Source: Cystobasidiomycetes sp. EMM_F5
Lineage: Eukaryota
NCBI GenBank assembly: GCA_051047955.1
Contig: JBPGPT010000049.1
Coordinates: forward strand, 1-64,000
DNA length: 64,000 nucleotides
Reading direction: 5' to 3'
Positions 1 to 12,004 of the stretch are shown in pieces. The translations under genes were made by a program, and so were the position numbers. How positions within the stretch are numbered: the stretch's first letter is position 1; each line of letters opens with the position of its first letter. Below the pieces are notes generated by a model. That model was given only the letters and a program-made list of their open reading frames with translations, was not told where the DNA came from and ran no database searches.

Positions 1-13
1 CAACAGCGATGAT

Positions 14-2109
14 ATGGGCAAGGAGGAAGCATCAATCAATGGACACGCAGCATATGAAGAAGTTGTTGTGGGCAACCACAAGCTTGACAAAGAGGCCGAA
101 GCAAATTTAGCTTTGGTTCACGGTTCTGACAAGGCTCCTCCGACCGCCGCAGAGGCCCGCAAAGTACTGTGGAAGATTGACCTGATTATCCTTCCCATCC
201 TATTCCTCGTCGTGAGTGAATCCGTTGAGAGAGTGTCCGAGACCGTATATCTTACGCTGCCGGCTTTTTGCGTGCTTCTCTCAGAGCTTTCACAATTTCA
301 TTGACAAGGTAGGTTGCCGATTAATCTCAGAACTCTGCAACTCGGCTGAGTCGCGATCTAGACAACGCTATCATACGCAAATCTGTTCGGTATCCAACAG
401 GATATCGGTCTGGTCGGGAAGGAATTTGCGAATTGTGGCACTTGTGAGCGACTGCAACGCCGTGCTTGGAGTACAGTCTTAACTTTCTCATATTTCCAGT
501 CTTCTATGCTGCTTACCTCATCTGGCAGCCGTTCGCGGCTTTTCTGCTGCAGCGATTCCCACTAAGATGGCATGTCGGTGGCTGCGTAGTACTTTGGGGA
601 GGCCTGCTGTGCTGCCACGCTGCTGTCCAGAACTATGCAGGACTGGCTGCTTGCCGTTTTCTCCTTGGATGTGCGGAAGCCGTCATGGTCGTTGCTTTCA
701 CGGCAATCACCGGTATGTGGTACACGCGCGACGAGCAAGGGACTCGAGTGGGTATCTGGTTTGGCGCTACGGCAGCTGCGGAACTCATCGGTGGCGCCAG
801 CTGTTATGTGAGTGCGAAGACAGCTGTAGGCGTAAGAAAAGTCGCTCAAAAAACGATGTACGGTTTGCAGGGCCTGCTTGTGCACCAAGCTACTTATGCA
901 ATCTCAATCTGGCGAATGGTCTTCCTAATCTGGGGCATTACTACCATGATGGTTGGAGTCCTCTTCCTTATCTTCATGCCGAGCACAATACAGAGTTGCT
1001 GGTGGCTCTCAAATAGGGAGAAGTATGTTGCACTAGGTATGTCCTGACGTACAACGAGCGCATATGAAAGAAGACTGAGGCCCTCCGCTTTCCACTGCAG
1101 AACGAATCCGCTCGAATCTCACTGGCACCGTCAGTACCAAATTCGAAATCAGTCAAGTCCGAGAGGCGCTTCTAGACCCGCGGCTGTACTTTGTGTTCTT
1201 GGTAATCTTCGGATCCGGAATTCCAAACGGAGCAGTGACCTCTTTTGGCACTATCATCATTAAAGGGTGAGACATGCCATTGTAACTGCCACGAAAATCG
1301 AAAGTCTCACCCTCCCCCGTTATCCAGATTTGGCTACACAACCAAACAGACTGTAAGCCATTTCTCACCCTTTGCTCATCCTGCCTTGATGATTTGCTTA
1401 CTGCTTCACGGATATGATCACCTTTAGACCCTCTTAGGAATGTCGACCGGCGGATGTAAGATTGTTGCGATCACAGCCTGTGTCTTCTTGAATCGCTGGA
1501 CCAAGACTCGCTATGTGCCGGCCATTTTCGCTGCTCTGGTGGCAGTAGCTGGCGGTACGCGCGTTTTCCACACCAGACCATCGTAAAATCTGACTGACTC
1601 TATTGTCCGCAGCTGCTATGATGATAGGGCTGCCGACAACAGCACAGAATGCGCGATATGCGGGATACGTTGTGATGTTCTTCTGGCCAATCACTGCGTA
1701 CGTTGCGACGCAGTGAGACCGATGAGTATGTGCAGCGACTGACATGGCCATATCCATCCACAGCATCTTCATCCTATCGTGGCTAGCTGCGATGATGGCA
1801 GGTCACACCAAGCGAATCTGCTTCCTGATAGGCTACCAGCTTGCGTACGCTGCCGGCAACATCACAGGCGGCCAGATATTTCAACCACGCGATGCACCAG
1901 ACTATCTTCCCGCCAAATTTGGCATGATCGTCGGACTTGTGGCAGAATGCATATTCTTGACAGCCATTTACGTAACGCATCGCATCTGGAACAAGCGCAG
2001 AGATGCCAATCTAAAGCAGTCTGGCTTGACTATCGAAGATGAACCGGATGATGCCGCCTTTATGAATTGGACCGATTTCGAGCAGAAGCGATTCCGCTGG
2101 CCTTACTGA
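14..2109 (+). CDS. MFS transporter, allantoate permease (Dal5)/anion:cation symporter family, multi-exon
   Basis: Spliced translation gives KVLWKIDLIILP..NFIDK-TTLSYANLFGI, ACRFLLGCAEA, WYTRDEQGTR, WRMVFLIWG, GHTKR, GNITGGQIF..DAPDY and C-terminal NWTDFEQKRFRW, all typical of the Dal5 family. About 9 GT-AG introns, e.g. 212-284 and 309-361. Confidence 0.9.
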
Positions 2110-2279
2110 AGCTTTGCGCGTTAGTACTATGGTTGTGTAGGGTAGTCTGAGTGCTTTGTAGAGCTTTTGATTCACAATTGCTTCGACTTTTATGTGGAGA
2201 CTTGGCATGCTTTCGCTCGGGACGGTCTTGAAATCGACCTACGTCTGCAACACAGGCATGTTCGTGACGACTATCTTTT

Positions 2280-4699
2280 ATGAACACCATGTCGCAGCAC
2301 AACGAGTCGCGCGAAGCCTACGAGCAGCGTCTGCCGCTCCGCAGGAGGTCAGTCTTTCGGTCAGCGATAAGCAAAACATCTGATGAGCATCACATGCAAA
2401 TATTAATCAATATTGTCAGGAGGACGCAGAAAGCTTGCATGCTATGTGAGAGCCATGGAATTCTGTTTGAAGTATCATCTAACTTATGTTACACAGGTCG
2501 AAAACAGAAAGCTCGGTGTGAAGGAGGGTTTCCCTGTCGAAGGTGTCTCGAATCCGAGTGCGTGCACCAATGCTCTCAGCGATACTCACGCAAGAAGTAG
2601 CTTGACTAACGCTGCTGTAACAGAGTACAATGCAAGAATCTCACGAGCGATACCGACGGTATGCCGAGTACTTCAGCTGCGTTGACGAGCGATAGCCCCG
2701 CTTTAGCGCACGAGGTACGGGCGTGCTTCGAAACGCTTTGCGCAACGCTGGCAATTTCAGTCCCTACGCAGATCCTTCAAATCCTTTCGGAACCCGACTC
2801 ACACGGCATCACAACACAGCCTGATGCGGGTAACAAACGGCTCAGATTCCAGACAGACGCAGCGGATCAAGGAGAGAGAACAGAGACACCTGCAGCCAGC
2901 AGCTCATCTCAAAGCACATATCGCAGACACGAGCTCTTAGCAGCGGCAATTTTCCTCGAGTCGTGCATACAAATTGTCGGATATGTCAGAGCGGCTAGCA
3001 CGCCAGACGAGTTGCTGCGTACCAGCGCGGCCGAATCTCAGCTGCTCTATCTGGCCGTGCTTGCGAGCGGTTCACGTGAGAACGAAGAGCTACGAGCATT
3101 TCACGGTGAAGTCTGTCAAAAGGTCTTGGCTGCTGCTCAATCTACGCTATACGAAAGATGCACTCTCGGACAATTCAAGGGTCTCCTCCTCTATCAGCAG
3201 TTTCTTAGCGAAGGCAATTTGGTGGGACATTTGGTTTCACAAGCGTACCAACTTGATTTGCATATGGCCGGAAAGCGCGTGAGAATAGGGACGCCAGCTG
3301 CTCTTGAAGACTTGGATGGACTGCGGCTTTTCGGACAACTATACATTGTTGACCGGTTGGCAGCCGTAGCGACGGGGTCTCCGCAGTATGTATACCGCTC
3401 GACATGGCTGACGGCTACGATCGCTGACATCAAAGTAATAGCCTTTTGAGCGACGGTGGTCCAATTATCGAGGACCTGAAATTGCTTACTAGATCTACAC
3501 ACTTACAGCTATCTGATTTACGTGTTTTGATGCAAGCTGAAGCTTTCCATATCGTTGGTAAATATCGCATCCTGCGCGCAAGTCTGACGGGTGTCAATTT
3601 ACTGAGATGCCGTGTCACGCTTGTCTGCGTCTGCAAATGCTGTCAACAGGATCCGCAGTGGCTCCGCAGGCGGGATCTCTCGCAGGCTTGGAATCGCAAG
3701 CAGCCATCCAGATAAATAAGCGTCTTGACGAATGGCATCAGCGCTGGGTGTCCTGGATGGCCGACTTAGGGCTCGACCGGAATTCGTGCATAGGTCCTTC
3801 TAGCCATCCAAGGCCAATGCTGACTGCGACCTATGTTGTCTCACATAGTCCGATCAATCTTCCGGGAAGCATCGAGATTAACTACTATTTTGCTCGGTTG
3901 TATCTCTGTTCGTCTACAGTGCACAGATCTTGGGGAATTGGGGACTTTGCAGTCCAGTCCGCGCAGGCACAGGCCGCTGTACAAGCAGCTGAAGATCTAG
4001 TTCGAAGTACACTGGACTATTTCAGCCCGTCGGTCCTGTAAGCTTCTTACAAGCGCGAACGAGAAGATGCTGGCTGACTGACTATGCATTGCTTGACAGG
4101 AAATTTGCTACACGGTATTCAGGCCTAGTTACAACTTTTGCAGTAATCTTTGGCCTCAAACTCATCGGCTCTCTGCCTCAATACTTTCTCGACGCGCCGA
4201 TGCTCGAGCTGGCGCCGAAGGCCGCAGACATGCTATTGCACAGTCCAATCCAAGCATGGCCAGACGGCATCCGGGCTGCATTACATGCTACTCAACAGAT
4301 CATTACACAGGCCAGGCGCGGGCGGAGTCAAGCTGAATCTGCTACTCTTGTGCAAACCTTTGTCGGTGACGACGACAATGTTCCCAATATTATCTCAAAC
4401 CCTGGACAATTGTTCGGCACAGCAGACTCGTACGCGTTCAGAGAACCATCGCAGGCGTCAGACCAACCGACTTGGGCTGGCTGGCAGAATATGGCTTCAT
4501 TTGGTGTGAGTAGCCGTGGGAACAGCTGATGTCGACTGTTGCTGACCGACGCCATCTTTCGCAGTGGGACGATTTTATCGCAGGTTCTTTGAGCGATGTC
4601 ACGCAGTACAATAACGGCATCAGCTACGACCCCTTGTTATTGCCTGATGTTGAGGCGCTTTTAGGTGATGGGGCGAGCACTGGTGGCTTTGCATCCTGA
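2280..4699 (+). CDS. Zn(II)2Cys6 fungal transcription factor
   Basis: Splicing three short introns gives ACMLCRKQKARCEGGFPCRRCLESEVQC (C-x2-C-x6-C-x5-C-x2-C-x6-C). Middle-homology-like region (AYQLDLH, RLFGQLYIVDR). Acidic last exon ends at TGA 4697-4699. Confidence 0.85.
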
Positions 4700-4944
4700 T
4701 ACAGAGGCAGTTCGCACGCTACTCGTTGCCAGCCAAACTGCTTCCTTCACGACTTTTCTGGTTGTCGAGGCGCGTCATCATCCGGTTTCGTCAGGTGTTG
4801 GGCCATTAGAAACTCCTGACTTGAGCGCGTAATGTTAAGGGTCGGTGATTCTCAAGAAGTATTTGCGACACAATCGTCACATATTCAACCTTGAGTTTCG
4901 GAATGGCTACACAATGACATTGCGTCTATTGACACTCTGCGAAT

Positions 4945-7298
4945 CTATCTTCGTATACTGACAGCGCCCCCTGCGAGGTTCAAGACTACCTTCTTCTTCC
5001 GACCTTGCCTTCGGCCACCGCGACCTTCCACTGCGAGATCCTGCCAGGCTCGCTCCAGCGCTTCATACGCCGGATCGTCATAATCATCATCCACATGAAC
5101 TCCGTGATGTCTGGAACGTTGGGGAACATCGGCTGCTGCAACAACTCGCGTGCCCCACACCGTCTTCGGTCCCGTATGAGCAGGTAGCGGAGATGTGCCG
5201 CTTGCTGAAATCGAATTGTCTTGCGTGTTGACATCAGACTCGTTGCTCGTCACTCGAGCGAGGTCATCTCGCAAGCCTGGATAGGCAGCCGCAGCACCCT
5301 CGCCGCCCGGTTCGACATACGACGGTACGCCCCGCAATGACCTTGACCACTCGCCTTTCTCCTTCTCCGCTTGCACCTGCTCACTCCTCGCTCTCGCCTT
5401 GTCGTCCTTTTTCGCCTTTTCTCTCCGTTTGGCCACTCGCTTCTTGAGCGCTTGCGAATACGGTTCGAGCGCCGCAGCCGGAACCACATTGCTGAGATCC
5501 GCTTCGACAAATGTCAAATCGCAAGCTTCGGGAAGATGCGCCAGATAGCGACATTTTCTCCGCAGTTCATCATCCATACTGCCTTCTTCTGTTCCGCCGA
5601 CCGTGACTCGGATAGAAAGCGGGAAAGCAGAATACGTTTCAAAGTGAGACTTGAGAATCTTGATGTCGAGTGGGTGCAAGTAGATGTGCTGGCCAGATGC
5701 TGCTTGGTAGAAGCAATAAGTAGTGTCGTTTGGTGGGGCCGGAGGATTCACATTTCGTCGCTGGCGATGATTACGGTTTGTCGGATGATTCGCAGAAGGA
5801 TGCGCCTGGGCGTTGCGTGATGCTGAAGACTCGGAGATGGCATTGATTCGCAACGCATCAAAATCCATCATTGCAGCCTCGCTTGCCTGCTGAATGGGGT
5901 CTGTGCGCAACAATTCGACCTTTTCCAGCTGTTCATGTACTTTGCGCATTGCTGCCTGGACGAATACCAGACCGAGATCATCTGATGCCGGAGAGCCAGG
6001 AGGGAGTCTTTTTTTGACATCCTCTAACGTCAACTCTTCTCGTTTGAGCTGGCTTAGCTCATCCTTGAGTTCGGATGCCATATAGTCCGGGGTAGCCAGC
6101 ATGAAGCGGGCAAAGGATAGAGCATCGGGTGTGAAGAACCAAGGAGCGGAATGGGGAGGGACAAGTTCGGATGGCCAGGTCGTAGACTTTGGCAGTGCGA
6201 GGGTGGATATAGTGGTGCGGTGAATCAGACGGAATACTATACTATGAGCATCCGAATTGGCGGGAGCGTCAAGAGACGCAACTTCGTCTTGCGTAGAGTC
6301 AACCGAGTCGAGGGTCGTCGTCTGTGGCGGTGGCTGATCAGAAATGCACGTCGGCATTGAAGCCTGGGCATCGCTGGCTGCTGATACTGGATCAAACCAC
6401 TTTACGCTCTTGAGTTCGTGTCGGTAGACGACATCGTAGCAGATGGGACAAGACCGGTATTTGAGACCGCCGTCTGCGAGCTCGAGGTAGTGCAAGATGC
6501 AGGGAAAGCAGAAAATGTGACCACACTTGGTCATGCGGGCTGCGACTGGTTCGGATAGACATATGGGGCACGACGGGATGAGAGATTCAGAGTCTCCGGA
6601 GCCATGAGCAGCTACAGAGGGTCCCTCAAACGTGTGTGCTGCGGCGCGTAGGACGGTAGAAGTGGGGACAATGACCTGGAGGACATTCTGCCATTGAAAG
6701 TAAATGTCGGCTGGGAGAATGATACGTCAGCGGAGACTGCAGCCAGAGACCCACCCTGCTCACGGTCTGCAAAGTGGACGGTATAGTCTCCGGTCGGTTT
6801 GAGCATGAAGCGGTACTGGGCGTTGATGTAGCCTGGGCAGCGGCACTGGGACGTCAGAGCGGCACGGCGCCATTGCAACGACAATCCTTCCTGCTCACGC
6901 TCTCTCGTTGGCCTGGCCCACGATGAACCAGGATGCTGCCTCCCGGATCTCCTCGACGTTCTCGGAATCGGATGCTGCCTCGGGGGGAGGCTGAACGAGA
7001 GGAGCTGCGAGGTTACGTTAGAATGGGAGCATATATCCAGTTGTAATCATCATGTCCATACGTGATTGAGCGAGTCTGCATTATTCCGCTGCTGTCTGCC
7101 TGGACGGTGATGGTGACCACCCTCTGCCGGCTTGTCGTCGCTCGCACTCGACGTGACTGGCGTGTACGGCGCTACGACGTGCAGCGGCATCGATGGGACA
7201 GTCCAGCAGTCGCCAGTGCCAGTGCCCTTGTCGTTGTCGTTGTCGGATGGCTCGATAATGGCAGCGTTTGGAGCTGGCTGGCGTCGTCGTCGGGGCAT
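4945..7298 (-). CDS. MAG2: RNF10/Mag2-like C3HC4 RING E3 ligase
   Basis: Spliced NHLLSFSLPPR and YINAQYRFMLKP..HFADPD motifs. RING CPICL..RMTKCGHIFCFPCILHYL..CPIC. YQAASGQHIYLHPLDIKIL and RYLAHLP match RNF10/Mag2. Confidence 0.85.
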
Positions 7299-8195
7299 CG
7301 ATTATATTCCTTCTCAGCTGACGCCGTGCTGATGTCGTGTCGTGTCGTGTCCTCCCAGCTGACGCCGGGTCACACCGAAGTGTTCGCAGAGTCGAGGGAT
7401 GTGTATCTGGGTCTGACTGGCAAGCGGAGACTGACTCGTTGACGGTCGTGGAAACTGATACATGCATTACATCTGACGGTCATCGTACTCGCAGCTCATC
7501 CCCAGGCGGGATACACAACCCCGATGTGTGATCCGCTGGACGATGCCATCGCGGTATCCGCAGAAAGGTGGGGCACTCGGGCATGATTATAATAACAAAG
7601 ACTGACGATATCATAGATAGCTGCCCGAAAGACGGAAACAAGTGCAAGCATCTGAGGGTGACCAGAGCGTCATCGTGTTCCCAGCTAATCTCCGGCACAG
7701 TACTCAACTTCGCAAACTCTACAGGGGCTCGGTTCACCAATTACGAAAGCGCAAGCTGCCGTGTCGTGGTATGTTTGCTTGTGAAACTTTTATTCACTTG
7801 CACTGTCGACTACACCAATGACTATTCGCAGCGCCTGCGCCATGACATCCGAGCAGGAACTATAGCCGATGGCCCTACATCGCGCCCAAATCGTTCGCAA
7901 GAATATCACCCGATACGGCTATCGGCTGACGTTGCATCATTTGGCCTCAGTCCTTACATGCGGTCAGTCAGAAGGCTGCCAGTCATGAATGCGCGGAAGG
8001 ATGCCGGTGACATTCTCAGAATATTGACATGCTGCCCATGTGCGCATTTAATTCGCTTTGAAGGCTAATCCCATATACTGTACCCTCGGCGACCGAGACG
8101 CAGCTCTATCTCTTGATCTTACTCCCGAGTTCTGCACTCACAGCGTCCTTCCACCAAATACCTTCTGCCTTCCTTCAAGAATCAGTCTCCCAAAC

Positions 8196-9708
8196 ATGGA
8201 TCCTGTACTTATGGGACTTGTAAAAGATCTGCTTGCGCCAATCCTCATCGGCAGCTGGTTCAATCTGGTCCTCTTTACGGTAGAAATGACAATGCTGGTT
8301 CGGTATATCCGTAAATTTCGGCATGACCAGTAAGGCAGCCTTCTTTCGCATATTCCCCTCAAGCTGAGGACTATACTGCTTTCCTGGTAGCACCTGGATC
8401 AGGATAGCTGTTGCAGTGGCCACCGTCAATGACCTGTTCGGTTCGATACTCACTTGCTACATATCCTACAACTACGCCATCACGAATTACGGCGACATCT
8501 ACGCACTGTTTGTACAAGGCGTGCCATTTGCCATGGTGAGCCAGCCGGCCAGCAGGCTGTCCGTAAAACCAGCTGAGATCGAGCTACCAAGCACGTTGTG
8601 TCTATGAGCATTGCGTTCTCAGGTTTACAAACTTACTTGACCCATCGCTTCTACAAGCTATCGAACAATATATATATAACTGGCGTCATGGGGGCCTGCA
8701 TTATAGCTTCCGTGAGTATCCTGGCAGTATATAACTGAATGCCACCTCTGATGTTTTTGTCTATTTCAGCTATGCCTTGCTGGCTACTTTACATACGCGC
8801 TCAACGAACTCGACGCCGTCAAAGACAGACAGAGTCAGTCTAGCTTTATCATTTCTGCTTACGCCGAGATTGAAGACTTGGTACAGAACTCGTCACGACC
8901 GTTACTGCTTTCTTTTCGCTGGCAATGGCTACAGATTGGCTGGTCAGTCCGGCACTTTGCCAACCCAAGAATCCAAAATTGACCAACTTGCGCTGCAGCT
9001 CGCCATTTCACTGGTCATTGTCCTCTGGAGACATTACAATGCGACTTCATACGATGACACCAAAGTGGTTCTCCGGCGTGTCATCGCAGTGTCCATGTAA
9101 GGCATGTCACCCACATGGGGGTTAGGCTATGCAAAGCTGAGTTCACCCAAATGTCCAGTGAAGCTGGTAATGCGCTCGCCGTGGCTTATTGTTGCAAGAA
9201 CTGACGATGTAACATGGTGTCTAGGAGTAGTTACGTCTGCAATGGCTCTGGCTTGCCTGATCAGCTTTCGCATGAAGCCGGAGACCAATACACCAGTCGT
9301 GAGCAATCGTCCTTGCATTCGTCGATCTATCCTTGATAGTGTCTCGCTTTTCAGGGGCTGGGAATGTGCATAGGCCGCTTATACACAATTACTTTACTGT
9401 TCAACCTGAACTTGCGTGTCGGTACTTCTGATCCGGCGACAAGCCAATCTACTTCGCAGCCTGTCGGTCGCACATCAAAGTCGAGCTCTACCGGCAAAAT
9501 CCAGTCCTTCAAGCTGGCTGCATTAGGCTCGCGGAGCGGGGATGTTGCATCTCAGCAGATCCAGTCGACCAACGGCTTCACGAGCGTCGTGTTACAAGCG
9601 GTGAGTCAAGATAAGGCTGCTGGATTCAGTGTGCTGATCGGGAGCATACAGGATGGACAGGAAGCTAAGAGTCACAGAAAGGAATACGAGATGGAAGATC
9701 TTGTATGA
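8196..9708 (+). CDS. Multi-pass membrane protein, DUF6534-type (basidiomycete-expanded family)
   Basis: PILIGSWFNLVLF..YIRKFRHD, several hydrophobic exons, LRRVIAVSIEAGVVTS and IGRLYTITLLFNLNLR. About 8 short introns including an 8-nt microexon. Confidence 0.7.
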
Positions 9709-9845
9709 AAGGTATGAGATCGTTTGCTTTTGTGAACTTTGGTTAAGTGAGACGGCGAAAGATGTAGCGAAGGACATAGTGAAGATGAGCCATGTACACT
9801 CTTAGTATCGTCCGACGCGCGTTGTATACACGGTGCATAGACAGC

Positions 9846-9875
9846 TGCTGGCGATGTTATTGCTGGCGATGTTAT
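9846..9875. repeat. 15-bp perfect tandem duplication (TGCTGGCGATGTTAT)x2 between convergent 3' ends
   Basis: Directly visible: 9846-9860 is identical to 9861-9875. Confidence 0.9.
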
Positions 9876-9934
9876 TGGGAGCATTGTTATAATATAATAT
9901 TGTCTCGTAGTGTTGTGAGGATTGTCAAGTCGTG

Positions 9935-10796
9935 TCACTCCAGTAGCCACCCCTTCTGCCTCTTGTCCTTCTTTTCCTTGTTTCGCTCGCGTATGGCTAC
10001 CATTTCCGCTTTTGACGGTCTCTTCCTCTTTGCATCATCTTCGGGCACCAGTTCTCCTGCCGCACGTTTTCTCGCATTCTCCTCCTGCTGCATTGCCCTA
10101 CTCTTCTCCCAGTTGGTGTAATCGAAATAGAACTGATTCTGCCGTTTCCCTCGCTCTACTTCGCTGACCCTGTCTGGGTTCATTGTAGGATCACCTTGGA
10201 ATTTCCCAGTCCTCGCGTTAAAGCGCGCAGTGTATGCACCAGCACTATTGGCCCCGCCTTTTCGACCTAGTGTGGGATCTAGATATGCCAGATCTGGGTC
10301 TATACCTCCGAAATCTTCGGCTGTTGGTCGCCGCTCTGCTGGAATTGCTGCTGGCTGGCCTGCTGTTGACGATGTAGTACTGTGGGTGATTTGTTGTACA
10401 TTACTTGTCGTCGTTGTACTGTCGCTCTTGCCATCTTGCGCTACACCGTCCTTGTCGGCGTCTGCGAAGGGGTTCTTCCATGTTGTGACGTTTGTCACTT
10501 TGTTCCAGAAGTAGTACTTGTTCCGGCTGACGTGGACGACTCAGAAGGGTATCCACGAGCACAAAGAACGAGTCTACTCACTCTGCGCTCCACACGGCGG
10601 TCCAGTCTCCTCTAGCCCCGGCCACGACTGGGGCAGAGGGTGCGGAAGTGGATGGCACTGAGGCAGTGTTGCTATTCGCTGTAGCTGAGTTAATCCCTTG
10701 CGATCCGGTTCCTTTACTCGCTTCCCCGCTGTGGTCTTTGCTGTTCTCCGTTGCTCTTCCCTTGCCCTTCCTGTCAAGCCCGTCGTCGCTGGCCAT
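9935..10796 (-). CDS. WW-domain protein
   Basis: One intron joins DWTAVWSAE to KYYFWNKVTNVTTWKNP (WW domain). Followed by GGIDPDLAYLDP and YTARFNARTGKF, and a basic C-terminus. Confidence 0.8.
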
Positions 10797-10951
10797 TTCG
10801 CGCAGTACGGCTATCAAGAGTATGTGTTGGGTGTTCAGGCGATGCAGTATTAACAATCTTTCATTGCCGTTTCAGATTGGCGACAAGTCAAGCCATCAAA
10901 CATCTTGAAACAACCCTTTGACTTCGACTAATCGAGGCTTAATCTGCAAAG

Positions 10952-11647
10952 ATGCTGCTGAGCAACGACGAGGTGGGCATACTTCCATAGTTATGATATA
11001 CAAGCCATGCTGAGCACTCCCACGTCCCCTTCTCCAGTTTATCGCCCAGCTAAAGGACCTCTTTGCGTCGAGGCAGTCGAATGGGAGCGTCTTCTTGTCG
11101 CAGAAGCGGTGTGAGAGAGATGTATTGATATTCACAGTGCTCAATACTGATATTGACGATATACCCAGACAAGTACGCCCAAGAGCCGCAGGATGACGGG
11201 GCATCCACGTCGACGAGCAAAGAGTATCCGTGCATTGTCCGAGCGACAAACGGCAAGGTAGCCCCGGTCAAGGTCAAGATATCCACCCTCGTCCAGCCAG
11301 TAGACCAGCCTACGTTCATGGCGGCGTACGGAGCACTGCTCAAAGCGACGTTTGCCCCAAAGATGCGCAAGAAGATTAAGCGAAAGCGGGAGGCTAAGAA
11401 GGGTGCAAATGCTGCTGGGACGTCTACCACGTCTGCAAGCAAATCAGGAGCAAAGAGGACGGTGTCGAGTGTCGGGCAGACGCACATCAAGTCTGGCCTG
11501 CCAAAAGTAACGGGAGCAAAGAGAGGTGCAGGTCATGCGAAACGGCAGAGGCAGGAGAAGGCGAGACGCAAGGCCGTCAACAGGATGCTCGATGCGAGAA
11601 GGCGGAGAAGGGCAGAGCCTTCAAGGCCTGTTACAAGCCAGGCTTGA
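10952..11647 (+). CDS. SRP14: Signal recognition particle 14 kDa subunit
   Basis: Spliced MLLSNDE-FIAQLKDLF..GSVFLSQKR..YPCIVRATNGK..KISTLV..FMAAYGALLKA..MRKK is the SRP14 pattern. Long basic tail. Confidence 0.9.
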
Positions 11648-12004
11648 CGAGATATTGGAATATCGTCGTTGTCATCAATCAATGCCAGTCGTTTCTTTAT
11701 GAACGTAAGGCTTGGTCGTACAGGCTGTCTTTCAACGCAGTCACCCACGCTGCGTTGCTCGTATTGTTTCCATCATTGGCGGCTTGCTTTTATTTGAACT
11801 TGAATGAATCCAACGCAACTCTGCAACGCTCTGTTGAAACAGCGCCGGATTTGTACTGGGTGCATTTTGACCTAATCCGAGGACAGAACCTTGCTCATCT
11901 GTCCATTGTTGCTACTTGCCGTCCGTCCCGAACATCCGCCAACGCCTCCCAAACGACAACGAGGCTGGCTGCCCGTCCATTCTCTCGACCTCTCCAACAC
12001 CTCG

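Noticed and set aside
7581..7660. Possible C/D box snoRNA (ATGATTA..CTGA..CTGA)
   Set aside because: Imperfect C box, no clear C' box, and only about 8 nt of recognisable complementarity to 18S rRNA, which is compatible with chance.
7568..8068. 166-aa plus-strand ORF upstream of the DUF6534-type gene
   Set aside because: Non-ATG start in the track and no recognisable motif or splice support. Treated as promoter or intergenic sequence.
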